Shown piece after piece: positions 6,850-16,670 of a stretch of 64,000 nt of DNA. Both the position numbers and the translations under genes were made by a program. The DNA comes from Candidatus Sumerlaeia bacterium (lineage in GTDB: Bacteria > Sumerlaeota > Sumerlaeia > JADFCW01). The notes under the pieces were generated by a model. That model did no database searches. It saw only the letters and a program-made list of their open reading frames with translations, and was not told the origin of the DNA. The DNA is taken from positions 1,059 to 65,058 of the forward strand of contig JAOAGV010000009.1 in the NCBI GenBank assembly GCA_026415575.1, given 5' to 3'. Positions within the stretch are counted from its first letter, which is position 1; each line of letters starts with the position of its first letter.

Positions 6850-9723
6850 TCATTTCCCCGTCTCGTCATAGACCCGGATTTCGCAGACCTGCGGCGTGGT
6901 ACCGCTGGTGCTGTTGTCCTCAATGACGAGTCGCAGGCGATCGGCGGTCACCGGCTCAAACTCATGGACACGGCGGCGCTGGCGATTGTCCGTCACGCTT
7001 GCGACGGTCTTCCACTCCTTGCCGCCGACCGATGTATTGATTTTGTATGCCGCAGCAGCCAGAGTCGGAAGCTGGAACGTCACGTGCACCGAGTTGAACT
7101 TCACCGGCTTGCCGAAATCCAACTCCACCCACTGAGGCAGCGGCGCCTTCGGATCGGGGCCCCACGAGTTGGGCACGCCGCCGACGGCGCGGTTCCAGCC
7201 GTTGATCACATTGGCCGGTTCGAGACGGACCGTAGCGGGCGGCGCGGACCGTGTATCCGGCCCAACGCCGGCCGCAGGCGGGACACCGGAGCTGCCTTCC
7301 GGTTCACCGCCCGGATTGAGTTTGAACCGATAGCAGCCATACATCGGTTTCCAGTTGGGGCCGCCGTAGGCGCGCGTGGTGCCCGGCGGCTCAGACGGAT
7401 ACAAATCCCAGCTCAGGCCGCGGGTTTCCGGCAAGGCAATGTAATACACTTTGCCCGGTTCGAGTTTGGCCGAAAGTTTGAACTCGACCCAGCCCGTGCT
7501 CTGGGGCGGAACTGTGCCCTCGGCTTCGGCAAGGTTGGTCTTTGACGAAAAATCTCCCAGCTGTTTGGCGGGACGCAACACCGCGCGAATGGTCGCCGGC
7601 CGCGTCAATGTCGAGCGCAGGAACAACGACACCGATTCAAGGTTCACCGGCACGGCATCTTTGCCTTTGGCGGTGAACATGACCGCCCGCGGCGTTGTCA
7701 ACTCATGGACCAATCCTCCGTTGACCGCGGTTTTGGCTTGGGCCGACAGAGCCGGGTTGGGAATCACTGCCACGCTCGACGCGGTCGCCTTGGCTGTCCG
7801 TGCAAGGTCGTTGGGATCGGCATTCGGCCGGCCCATCAGATACATGCCATCCTTGAGCAGTTGGTCTTGCAGCCGGTTGAGGTGCTTTTCATAGAGGCCG
7901 CGGGGCGTGGTATAAAGCTGGCAGGCCAGCGCAGCGGCGGTGCCGGCCGCTTGACCGACTATGCAACACGTGCGCATGACGCGGACGCTTCCGAGCGCGA
8001 TGTGACTGACCGAAATGTCGCGTCCGGCCATCAGCAAGTTGGAGATGTTTCGCGAATACAACGACCGGTAGGGAATGCTCTGCTTGTGATGAAATCCGGT
8101 GTAGTATTCGTTGCCTTTGGCAAAGAAGCCCCACGGATGGTGGATGTCGGTTCCCCAGCCGCAATAGGCCACGGTGTCGGGGTGGACGGTTTTCTGTTCA
8201 AAGTCTTTCTGCGTCAGCACATAGTCGCCGAGCAGGCGGCGCGACTCGCGGGTGCCGGGAACGTAGTTCATCCAGACCAATTCCCGGTTTCTGTTCTCCT
8301 CGATTGTTTTGGGATTGTAGTTTTTCGCATAATCCCACAGACCGATATTGATGCGGAACAGTTCATCGCGAATCCATTCGGCATCGGCGATGGTGTCATA
8401 CATGCCGCCCAGTTCGACCCACCACTCGAAGGCGCCGGCGTTGGCGGTGCGGGGCTCGCGTCCTCGCCCTTTGGTCAGGTCGTCAAAATTTTTCGGGCGC
8501 TCGCCGCTGGTGCGGATTGGGCTGACGGGGTCCTTGTCGAAGTCGTCGGGCGAGGTCCATTTGTAAGCCCAAGCCGGCGCCGTGAAAGGCACGGGTTTGT
8601 CGTGCGTGCGAAATTCCATCTTGTAAATCGTATTACCCATGGTCTGGCGGCTGGGCTCGGCCGCGATGGATTCGCCATACTCCTCGCGGCCTTCGCTGCC
8701 GTGGCGATGTTCAGCACCGGCCCAAAAGCCAATCCATCCGTCGCCTGTGGCATCCACAAACATGCGGCCGGCGAAGCGATAGCGGGTGCCTTTGCGCACG
8801 TCGATCGCCTCGACGGCGTCAATGGTCGTCTTGTCCTTCATCACAACCCCTGTGGCGCGGGTGTTGAGGAAGAGATCGAGATTCTGTTGGGCGCGCACAA
8901 CTTTTTCCATCGGTGTGGACCAGTCGGCATGGCGCGGACCACGCGGATCGAACTCCTCGATGATACCCGTTTCGCCCGGATCCAGCGGCTCGCGCGTGGT
9001 ATCGCCCTGCGGGGGTACGTTGATCTCGACCGAGGCATTGCCGCCGAGAACAGGGCGGTCCTGAATGAGCGCCGTGCGGCAGCCCATGCGGGCCGCGGCA
9101 ATCGCCGATGCCGTGCCGGCCAGTCCTCCGCCGACCACCACCACGTCGTAGGGGCCGGGCTGTTGGATTTCGCGCGCGACGCCGCCAAACGTTTCGCGTT
9201 GCCGGGCCAACTCGTCGGGGTTGTCGGACGGGCGGAAACTCGGATCGGCCGTCAGAACAAGCGCATCGCAGCGGCCCCACCAGCCCGTAAGGTCGTGCAG
9301 GCGCACCTCGACCTCGGCGCTCCGAATGTTAAACATCCCGCCGTCCGTCCATTGCCATTCAGAAGTTTTCGCCTTGCCAAATGTGGTTTTGGATGGCCGG
9401 CCGGCTATGATCACCTGAAACTGACCCGGACTATCATCGGGATACCAGTCCTTGCAGCGCACCCACAGACGGTATTCGCCGGGGGCGGGGATCCGCGCCT
9501 TGGTCACGGCATCCTTGACCGGCTTGCCGAGGCCTGTGGCCAAAAGATAGGGCGACCCCATCTGGGCGACAAATTGCGAATCGTTGGACCAGCCGCCGCA
9601 GTCGGCGAATTGCTCGGCTTCGAGCCACACGACGGCCGGCGCAGTTGCAGCAGCGGCGCCGGTGCACCAAAGCGAAAAACAGAAAGCAAGAAGACCGATC
9701 ATGGAGAAGATGCGGATTTGCAT
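6850..9723 (-). CDS. Secreted FAD-dependent oxidoreductase with a C-terminal F5/8 type C (discoidin)-like domain
   Basis: Track ORF 6850..9882. The internal ATG 9723 gives the signal peptide MQIRIFSMIGLLAFCFSLWCTGAAAA. Rossmann motif DVVVVGGGLAGTASAIAAARMGCRTALIQDRPVLGGNAS. The C-terminus PQWVELDFGKPVKFNSVHVTFQ...QVCEIRVYDE is discoidin-like. Confidence 0.75.
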   Translation of the reverse strand: MQIRIFSMIGLLAFCFSLWCTGAAAATAPAVVWLEAEQFADCGGWSNDSQFVAQMGSPYLLATGLGKPVKDAVTKARIPAPGEYRLWVRCKDWYPDDSPGQFQVIIAGRPSKTTFGKAKTSEWQWTDGGMFNIRSAEVEVRLHDLTGWWGRCDALVLTADPSFRPSDNPDELARQRETFGGVAREIQQPGPYDVVVVGGGLAGTASAIAAARMGCRTALIQDRPVLGGNASVEINVPPQGDTTREPLDPGETGIIEEFDPRGPRHADWSTPMEKVVRAQQNLDLFLNTRATGVVMKDKTTIDAVEAIDVRKGTRYRFAGRMFVDATGDGWIGFWAGAEHRHGSEGREEYGESIAAEPSRQTMGNTIYKMEFRTHDKPVPFTAPAWAYKWTSPDDFDKDPVSPIRTSGERPKNFDDLTKGRGREPRTANAGAFEWWVELGGMYDTIADAEWIRDELFRINIGLWDYAKNYNPKTIEENRNRELVWMNYVPGTRESRRLLGDYVLTQKDFEQKTVHPDTVAYCGWGTDIHHPWGFFAKGNEYYTGFHHKQSIPYRSLYSRNISNLLMAGRDISVSHIALGSVRVMRTCCIVGQAAGTAAALACQLYTTPRGLYEKHLNRLQDQLLKDGMYLMGRPNADPNDLARTAKATASSVAVIPNPALSAQAKTAVNGGLVHELTTPRAVMFTAKGKDAVPVNLESVSLFLRSTLTRPATIRAVLRPAKQLGDFSSKTNLAEAEGTVPPQSTGWVEFKLSAKLEPGKVYYIALPETRGLSWDLYPSEPPGTTRAYGGPNWKPMYGCYRFKLNPGGEPEGSSGVPPAAGVGPDTRSAPPATVRLEPANVINGWNRAVGGVPNSWGPDPKAPLPQWVELDFGKPVKFNSVHVTFQLPTLAAAAYKINTSVGGKEWKTVASVTDNRQRRRVHEFEPVTADRLRLVIEDNSTSGTTPQVCEIRVYDETGK

Positions 9724-9903
9724 GGTCCAAACCTCCGTCGAATACAATGTCAAACACAGTATGCCCGCCGTTCCTATGTCGTGTCCGCATATATAGGGGA
9801 AGATTGGGCACAGGCAAGCATTTCCTGATTGCCGGAAACCCGGCGCAGTTGCCTGCCATGTTCGTTCACTTGCCGCCGACACCGCAACCCAACGGTTCCC
9901 GTA

Positions 9904-11292
9904 TCACGACGCGGTACTTCGTCGCGGATTGGTCTGCGTCGCGCGCGCCGCGCTTTCGCCGGCTACATAACCGGTGGAAAAAGCCGCCTGCAGATTGAAG
10001 CCGCCGGTATCGGCGTCGAGGTCGAGCACTTCGCCGCAGAAATAAAGCCCCCCGACCCGGCGCGACTCCATCGTGCAAGGGTCCACTTCGGAAAGCGCCA
10101 CGCCGCCCGCGGTAACGATGGCCGCGGTCAGCGGCAGCGGCCCGCGGATGTTGAATCGAAGCGACTTCAGCAGGGCGGCCAGCCGGTCGCGCTCATCGGC
10201 GCTGATCTGGTTGGCCGGCTTGTCGGACGCAATGCCGCACAACTCGACAAAGGGTTCGCCCATTTTCGCCGGCAGGAGGTCTTTCAAGATGTTGCGAAAC
10301 GTCCGCCGGCCGTGGCGGTCGAAATCGCGCTGCAACCGCCGCCGCAACTGCTCGCGGCTCAACGCCGGTTTGAGGTCTATGGCCACGCTGACCGGCCCGC
10401 GTTCGAGCGCATCCACAATGGCCAGACTCATCTGCAGTGTGATTGGGCCTCCAATGCCGAAATGCGTCATCATCATTTCGCCGAAACGGCTTTCGAGAAC
10501 CGGCGGGCGGGCTTTCCGGCCGGCAATTCCGCGCCCGCAATCATACAGCGGAACGCGATCCGGCTCGATTTGGTCGGCGCGGCATTGAAATGCGGTCAGG
10601 CGGACATTGCGCAAACTGACGCCCTGCATGGCTTTGGCGCGCGCGGTTTCCTCGACAACCAGCGGCACGAGCGCCGCCCGAAGCGGAACAATCGTATGCC
10701 CCAGAGCGCGGGCCATCTCATAGCCATCGCCGGTCGAACCCGTGGACGGATAGGACGCGCCGCCGGCGGCGAGAATCACTGCGGCGGCGGGCAGGGTTGC
10801 ACGGTCGGTGCGGACAGCGGCGACGCGGATTGCCGATTGTGAATGGGGGCTTGGAGACGTTTCGATGGTGAGGGCGCGGGTGGTGGTTTGGATGACCGCC
10901 TTGTTTTCGCGGGCGAAGCGCTCGAGGGCATGGACCACGTCGCGGGCAGCGTCGGAAGCGGGAAAGACGCGTCCGCCGCGCTCGGTTTTGACGGCAACGC
11001 CATAACGCGCTAGCAGCGCGATAAGTTCATCGCGGAAAAAGCGCGAAAACGCACCGTGCAGGAATCGGCCATTGGGCCCGTAGGCGGCGATAAACTCGCT
11101 GAGCGGCGCCGTGTTGGTGAGATTGCAACGGGTTTTGCCGCTGAGGAGAATCTTTTTCCCGCAACCGTCGGTTTTTTCCAGAAGCAGGACCGGCGCGCCG
11201 AGTTCCCCTGCGCGTCCAGCGGCCATGAGACCGGCCGCTCCGCCGCCGATAACGATGACGGGCTTTGAGGATGGCGATGGAATGGATGACAT
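9904..11292 (-). CDS. NAD(P)/FAD-dependent oxidoreductase, HI0933/YhiN (BaiN-like) family
   Basis: KPVIVIGGGAAGLMAAGRAGELG, GKKILLSGKTRCNLTN and the C-terminal GGLYFCGEVLDLDADTGGFNLQAAFSTGYVAG match the family signature as I remember it. Confidence 0.8.
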   Translation of the reverse strand: MSSIPSPSSKPVIVIGGGAAGLMAAGRAGELGAPVLLLEKTDGCGKKILLSGKTRCNLTNTAPLSEFIAAYGPNGRFLHGAFSRFFRDELIALLARYGVAVKTERGGRVFPASDAARDVVHALERFARENKAVIQTTTRALTIETSPSPHSQSAIRVAAVRTDRATLPAAAVILAAGGASYPSTGSTGDGYEMARALGHTIVPLRAALVPLVVEETARAKAMQGVSLRNVRLTAFQCRADQIEPDRVPLYDCGRGIAGRKARPPVLESRFGEMMMTHFGIGGPITLQMSLAIVDALERGPVSVAIDLKPALSREQLRRRLQRDFDRHGRRTFRNILKDLLPAKMGEPFVELCGIASDKPANQISADERDRLAALLKSLRFNIRGPLPLTAAIVTAGGVALSEVDPCTMESRRVGGLYFCGEVLDLDADTGGFNLQAAFSTGYVAGESAARATQTNPRRSTAS

Positions 11293-11312
11293 GGACGGCG
11301 CCCAAATCCGGT

Positions 11313-13043
11313 TTATTCGCTTTTTCCCTGCACCTGCTTGATCATCTGCGCGGCATGGCGGCGGCTGAGGTCGGTGACCTGCCCACCGGACATCATGCGG
11401 GCAAGTTCGGCGGGACGTTCGTTGGGCGAGAGGCGGCGGACGGTGGTAACGGCGCGTCCGGCAGCGACTTTCTTTTCGACGGCGAAGTGGGCGTGTGCCC
11501 GCGCTGCTATTTGCGGCAGGTGCGTAATGGCAAGGATTTGATGGATGCGGCTGAGCTCCGCCATTTTTTCCCCGACGCGGTCGGCGGTTGCACCGCCGAT
11601 TCCTACGTCAATTTCGTCGAACACCAGTGTCGGGATGCGGTCGCTCTTGGCGATCAGCGATTTGAGGGCAAGCATGATGCGCGAGATTTCGCCGCCCGAC
11701 ACAATCTTGCGCAGCGGCTTGAGTTCCTCGCCCGGATTGGGCGAGATGAGAAACTCGACGCGGTCCACGCCGGTTGGCCCGACGCGATAATGCCGGCCGG
11801 CCAGCGGCACGCCCTCCCCCGGTTCGACCGGATCGCGCGCCATTTCGACCAGAAAGTGCGCATGGGGCATGTTCAAATCGGCCAGCACCTGCACCAGTGC
11901 TTTCTCCAGCTTGCGCGATGCGGTTTGGCGCGCGACGGACAATTCCTCGCAGGCCGCGGCAAGTGCGGCAGTGGTTTGCTCAATCTCGGCGCGGATGTTT
12001 TCGGCATCCTCGTCGCGGTTGCCGAACCGTTCGAGCTCGTGGCGGTTGTTCTCGCAAAGCGTCAGGATGTCCTCGATCGTGGCGCCGTATTTGCGCTTCA
12101 GCTGGCGAATCAGATCGAGGCGGTCTTCAATCACCTCCAGCCGGCGCGGGTCGGGATCAAGCGAGGCGCGATAGCCGCGCAGGCGCGAGGCGAGGTCTTC
12201 GAGCCGGAAGCGGATTTCGAGAAGGTCCTCGGTCATCGCGGTTGTGGTAGGGTCGAACCGGGCCAGTTCGGCCAGTTCGTCTTCGACGCGGCTGAGGAGG
12301 GCAAGAACGGTGGTTTCGGTGGCTTCGCCTTCGCTGAGAATGTCCTCGGCGGCGGCCGACGCGCGCGCCAGGGCTTCGGCGTGGGCAAGGCGCTGGCGTT
12401 CCTGTTCCAGTTCGACGTCCTCGCCGGCAACCAGTTGTGCGCTTTCGATTTCGTGGACCTGAAACGCGAGCATGTCCTTGCGCTGCTCGATCTCCCGCTC
12501 ATCGCGGGAGAGCTCGACCAGACGGCGGCGGAGTTGTTCCCATTGCCGGAACAGCTGGGCCACCTGATCGCGTAATGGCTCGGTGCGCGCAAAATCATCG
12601 AGCGCATCCAGATGCGTTTCGACCGACAGAAGCGACTGGTGTTGGTGCTGGCCGTGGATGTCCACCAGCATATCGCCCAGCTCCCGCAGCAGCGAAACAG
12701 GAACCTGCGAGCCCATGACAAAGTTGCGGCTGCGGCCCGAGCGCGACAGTTCGCGGGCAATCAGCAGGTCTTCCTCCTCGCCGATTTCGATGCCGTGCCC
12801 CTCGAGCCATTTCCGGATGCGCGGCAGATGGTGGACGTCAAAGACCGCCTCCACGCGGGCGCGCTCGCATTGCGAGCGAATGTCTTCGGGTGCGCCGCGC
12901 GCGCCCAAAATAAGTTCCAGTGCACCGAGGATGATGGACTTGCCCGCACCGGTTTCGCCCGTCAAAATGTTCAGGCCGGGCGAAAACTCGATATCGAGTT
13001 CGTCAATGATGGCCAAGTCCTGAATTCGCAGCGAGATTAACAT
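11313..13043 (-). CDS. recN: DNA repair protein RecN
   Basis: MLISLRIQDLAIIDELDIEFSPGLNILTGETGAGKSIILGAL (Walker A), a long coiled-coil middle region, and a C-terminal SGGEISRIMLALK...LVFDEIDVGIGG (SMC signature and Walker B). The start is taken at ATG 13043 rather than the track start 13058. Confidence 0.92.
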   Translation of the reverse strand: MLISLRIQDLAIIDELDIEFSPGLNILTGETGAGKSIILGALELILGARGAPEDIRSQCERARVEAVFDVHHLPRIRKWLEGHGIEIGEEEDLLIARELSRSGRSRNFVMGSQVPVSLLRELGDMLVDIHGQHQHQSLLSVETHLDALDDFARTEPLRDQVAQLFRQWEQLRRRLVELSRDEREIEQRKDMLAFQVHEIESAQLVAGEDVELEQERQRLAHAEALARASAAAEDILSEGEATETTVLALLSRVEDELAELARFDPTTTAMTEDLLEIRFRLEDLASRLRGYRASLDPDPRRLEVIEDRLDLIRQLKRKYGATIEDILTLCENNRHELERFGNRDEDAENIRAEIEQTTAALAAACEELSVARQTASRKLEKALVQVLADLNMPHAHFLVEMARDPVEPGEGVPLAGRHYRVGPTGVDRVEFLISPNPGEELKPLRKIVSGGEISRIMLALKSLIAKSDRIPTLVFDEIDVGIGGATADRVGEKMAELSRIHQILAITHLPQIAARAHAHFAVEKKVAAGRAVTTVRRLSPNERPAELARMMSGGQVTDLSRRHAAQMIKQVQGKSE

Positions 13044-13298
13044 CGTCGTGCGCGCCAAGAGAGGTTTTCGCTTCCGGATTCAAGTTCCATGTGCACGAAC
13101 CCGCGCAGACTATGGTGCGGCAGGACAGCGGGAAACTTGAAACCGGCCATTGCCTGCCTTTTCCCTGCCACAAAGTCAATCAAAACCGATTTGACATTGC
13201 AGGGGCAACACGGTTGACTTCCGTTTCGGAATTCAGCCTGTCGGGCTGCAAACCCTATGCCGGTTGACCGCCGGCGCCGGTGTAAAGGAGAGCGACCC

Positions 13299-13709
13299 AT
13301 GGACAACCGACCGGAAGGTATGATTCATCTGCGCGAACGCGAAGTCGTGATGTGGACGTATCTGCTGGCCATCATCCCGCTGTTCGGGATTCTGGCCGCC
13401 GGCATCATTTACCTCACCTATCAGGAACGCAGCCGCACCGTCGTGTTCCATGCCAAACAGGCGATTGCGGGCCAGGCCTGTCTGCTTCTGGTCATCATTG
13501 TCATCTACCTCTTCTACCTGTTCGCCCGATTGGTGGGCCACGTCAGTCCGCGTCTGGGCATTTGGTTTTTGACCTTCGATGAATGGGTGTTGTGGCTGAC
13601 GTTCATCGCGTATGCGTGCGTGTGTTTCTATTATGCGTGGCGCTCGCTCAACGGACACGATCTTGAATTTCCATATATCGGCGCGCGCTTGCGCGACCGG
13701 TCGGAATAG
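13299..13709 (+). CDS. Small integral membrane protein (DUF4870-like)
   Basis: AAGGAGAG lies 8 nt upstream of ATG 13299. It has three or four hydrophobic segments (WTYLLAIIPLFGILAAGIIYL, CLLLVIIVIYLFYLF, WVLWLTFIAYACVCFYY). The family call is from memory only. Confidence 0.6.
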   Translation: MDNRPEGMIHLREREVVMWTYLLAIIPLFGILAAGIIYLTYQERSRTVVFHAKQAIAGQACLLLVIIVIYLFYLFARLVGHVSPRLGIWFLTFDEWVLWLTFIAYACVCFYYAWRSLNGHDLEFPYIGARLRDRSE

Positions 13710-13715
13710 CCGGCC

Positions 13716-14123
13716 ATGACCGAGCCGTCGGCCGAACAAATTGCCCGTCTGATCGAGGCCGCGCAGGCCGCGCGCGAGAAAGCCTATGCGCCCTATTCGC
13801 ATTTTGCCGTCGGGGCGGCCTTGCTGGGCGCGGACGGAAAGACCTACATTGGCTGCAACGTCGAGAACGCCTCCTACGGGCTGACGGTGTGCGCCGAACG
13901 CGCTGCCATCGTTGGGGCCGTTGCCGCCGGCTGCCGCAATTTTCTCGCACTGGCTGTGGTCGCCGACACCGGCGCGGAGAATATTGTGACACCCTGCGGG
14001 GCCTGCCGCCAAGTGCTGGCCGAGTTTTCGCCCGACTTGACCGTAGTCTGTGCCAACCTCGCCGGCCAAACGGCGGCCTACCGCCTTGGCGGCCTGCTGC
14101 CTCATCGGTTCGACTTGGAGTGA
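13716..14123 (+). CDS. cdd: Cytidine deaminase
   Basis: 135 aa with YSHFAVGAALL, CAERAAI and PCGACRQVL zinc-binding motifs, matching the homotetrameric Cdd class. Confidence 0.9.
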   Translation: MTEPSAEQIARLIEAAQAAREKAYAPYSHFAVGAALLGADGKTYIGCNVENASYGLTVCAERAAIVGAVAAGCRNFLALAVVADTGAENIVTPCGACRQVLAEFSPDLTVVCANLAGQTAAYRLGGLLPHRFDLE

Positions 14124-14128
14124 ACGAG

Positions 14129-15544
14129 TTAGTGCGCGCCGCGCCGCCACGCCCGCAGCGTCATGGCGAGAATCTTCAAGTCCAGCCAAAAACTCCAGTT
14201 TTCGATGTAATATAAATCATAGGCAAGGCGGTCTTCGATGGAGCTGCGGCCGCGCAGACCGTGCACTTGCGCCCAGCCGGTCAGGCCGGTCCGAACTTTG
14301 TGGCGGGCCATATAGCGCGGCAGCTGCTCGCGAAATTGTTTGACGAAATACGGGCGTTCCGGCCGCGGGCCGACAAGGCTCATATCGCCGCGCAGCACAT
14401 TGATCAGCTGGGGCAGCTCATCGAGGTTCCAGCGCCGCAGCCAACGGCCCACCCGTGTTTTTCGCGGGTCGTCCTCCGTGGCCCAAACCGGACCCGTCTC
14501 CTCTTCGGCGTTGGCGATCATCGAGCGGAATTTGTAAAGATTGAATGTCGTCCCGTCGAGACTGGTGCGCCGCTGCTTGTAAAGAACAGGGCCGGGGGAA
14601 TCGAGTTTGATCGCCAGAGCAATAAACGGATACAGCGGGGCGGTCAGGATGAGCCCGGCAGCCGACACCGCGATGTCAAACGCGCGTTTCATCGCGGCGT
14701 TAAGTCCTTGCAAGGGGGTCTCCTTCAAGCCATAGAGCGGCACGCCCTCGAACAGTTCGGACTGCACCTCGGCGAGGCTGGTCTGAAACAGATTGGGAAC
14801 GGTGCGGCAGTTCACCATCCGCTTTTCGCAATCCAGCATCAGCTCGAGAATGCGTTCGGGCGCAAGATTGGGGTCGGCGAGAATCACATCGTCCACGCCC
14901 AGCGGGGCAAGCAGGTCGAGCAGCCGGTTGCATTCGCCCACCACCTCGATGTCGTCGGCTTTGCAGCCACCGCCCGGCAGATTCTCGCTCAGGAAACCGA
15001 TAATTCGGAAGGTGGGGTGGGCCTGGTCGCGGATGCGTTGGGCAACGCTGCGGGCCAGTTCGCCCGTACCGTAAATGAGCACGCGTTTTTGGCCGATGCC
15101 GCGCTTTTCCTGCAAGTGGCGTACAAAGCGGCGCAGAATCCAGCGCGCACCGGTCAGAAATACCACGCACACCCCAAAGGTCATCGGGGCCAGCACGCGC
15201 GCATAGGCCGTTTCGGGAGCAATGCGAAAGAAAAAATTCACGGTGATGATGATGGCCACGGCCAGCAGCGAACCTTTGACCAGCCGCTGCATGACGCGCA
15301 TGCTCAGAATTTCGTGGCCTAGGGCGTAGGCATGGACGGCGGCCAAAGCAACAATCCAGGAAAGTACAGCCACCGGATAGATGCGCCAATAGTCGGCCAC
15401 CTGCCACTCGCCGCGGGGGGGCAGCGGAAAGGGAGCATGAAAACGCAGCCAGTAGGTAAAAGGAAGGGCCAACGCGACGGCGAGAGCGTCGGCGGCCATC
15501 GTGGCGGCCTCGAAACTGAGTCGGCGGCGCCGTCTAGAGTCCAT
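14129..15544 (-). CDS. Polyprenyl-phosphate glycosyl-1-phosphate transferase (WbaP/exopolysaccharide priming sugar transferase family)
   Basis: Track ORF 14129..15730. Multi-TM N-terminus and a C-terminal FDIAVSAAGLILTAPLYPFIALAIKLDSPGPVLYKQRRTSLDGTTFNLYKFRSM...DELPQLINVLRGDMSLVGPRPERP. The start is placed at ATG 15544, which overlaps the upstream GT stop by 11 nt. Confidence 0.85.
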   Translation of the reverse strand: MDSRRRRRLSFEAATMAADALAVALALPFTYWLRFHAPFPLPPRGEWQVADYWRIYPVAVLSWIVALAAVHAYALGHEILSMRVMQRLVKGSLLAVAIIITVNFFFRIAPETAYARVLAPMTFGVCVVFLTGARWILRRFVRHLQEKRGIGQKRVLIYGTGELARSVAQRIRDQAHPTFRIIGFLSENLPGGGCKADDIEVVGECNRLLDLLAPLGVDDVILADPNLAPERILELMLDCEKRMVNCRTVPNLFQTSLAEVQSELFEGVPLYGLKETPLQGLNAAMKRAFDIAVSAAGLILTAPLYPFIALAIKLDSPGPVLYKQRRTSLDGTTFNLYKFRSMIANAEEETGPVWATEDDPRKTRVGRWLRRWNLDELPQLINVLRGDMSLVGPRPERPYFVKQFREQLPRYMARHKVRTGLTGWAQVHGLRGRSSIEDRLAYDLYYIENWSFWLDLKILAMTLRAWRRGAH

Positions 15545-16634
15545 GTTTCTGCAGCATCCGTTGAATCGTTCGGCTGAGTTTGTTCCGACAGCGGTCGCCG
15601 CCGAACTGCTCCGCATGGTTGCGAATAACACCGCGGTCGAAAACAAGTGTGCCAAAAACCTCGACGGCCTCGCACAACGACTCGGCGGTTGGTTCTTTGA
15701 AGAACAGCCCCGTCCGCCGGTCCAGCACACTTTCGGTCACCCCGCCCTTGCGATAGGCAATGACCGGACGCCCGCACGCCTGCGCCTCGACGGCCGTGAT
15801 TCCAAAATCTTCTTCGCCCGGGAAAATCAGCGCGCGGCAGTGATTATACATCTCCAGCAACTGGGCGTTGGAGACCCAGCCCCAGAATTTTACATTCGGG
15901 CCGGCCATCCGCTCCAACCGCCGCCGCTCCGGCCCCGTGCCGACCACCCACAGGGGACGGCCGAGGCGGTTGAATGCCTCGATGGCCAAATCCACGCGCT
16001 TGTAGGGAACCAATGCGGCAACCACCAGAAAGTAGTCGGCTTGTTCGGCCGGCAGCGGACGGAAAAAATCGGTGTCCACGGGCGGATAGACGATCTTCGA
16101 CTCGCGGTTGTAGTAGCGGCGAATCCGATACGAGACGCTTTGCGAGTTGGCAATAAAGTGGTGGACGCGCTGAGCCGCTGCAACATCCCATCGTTGCAGC
16201 CGCTTGCGAAACAGCCGCATCCCCAGCGACGGCAGCCGCCAGCGGTTGCGACCGCCGAAATAGACTTCGTATTGCTCCCAAATATACCGCATCGGCGTAT
16301 GACAGTAGCAGATATGAATTTGACGGTCGTTCAGCCGAACACTCTTGGCGGCACAGTGGCTGGAGGAAATTACCACGTCGTAGGCGGAAAGATCGAATTG
16401 GCCAACGGCCCAAAAGTAGAGCGGCAAATAGAGGCGATAATGCTTGCGCGCACGCGGAAACCGCTGGAGCACTGAACAATGCACATCCATCCGCCGGATT
16501 TTCTCGCTGACGCGGTCGGGCTCGTAGAACAACGTATAGAGGCCCGCATCCGGAAACAAGTCGCACAAGACTTCGAGGACTTTCTCCCCGCCCCGCATCC
16601 CATTCAGCCAGTCGTGAATTAGCGCCACGTTCAT
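15534..16634 (-). CDS. Glycosyltransferase family 4
   Basis: MNVALIHDWLNGMRGGEKVLEVL... and a C-terminal FPGEEDFGITAVEAQACGRPVIAYRKGG (the E-x7-E-type GT-B motif region). Confidence 0.8.
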   Translation of the reverse strand: MNVALIHDWLNGMRGGEKVLEVLCDLFPDAGLYTLFYEPDRVSEKIRRMDVHCSVLQRFPRARKHYRLYLPLYFWAVGQFDLSAYDVVISSSHCAAKSVRLNDRQIHICYCHTPMRYIWEQYEVYFGGRNRWRLPSLGMRLFRKRLQRWDVAAAQRVHHFIANSQSVSYRIRRYYNRESKIVYPPVDTDFFRPLPAEQADYFLVVAALVPYKRVDLAIEAFNRLGRPLWVVGTGPERRRLERMAGPNVKFWGWVSNAQLLEMYNHCRALIFPGEEDFGITAVEAQACGRPVIAYRKGGVTESVLDRRTGLFFKEPTAESLCEAVEVFGTLVFDRGVIRNHAEQFGGDRCRNKLSRTIQRMLQKHGL

Positions 16635-16670
16635 GGGTCTGCTTGCTGGAATCTCCCTTTTGCTTTATTT

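Noticed and set aside
7705-9828. 707-aa plus-strand ORF
   Set aside because: It is antisense to the FAD oxidoreductase gene, has no motifs, and is rich in G, R and A.
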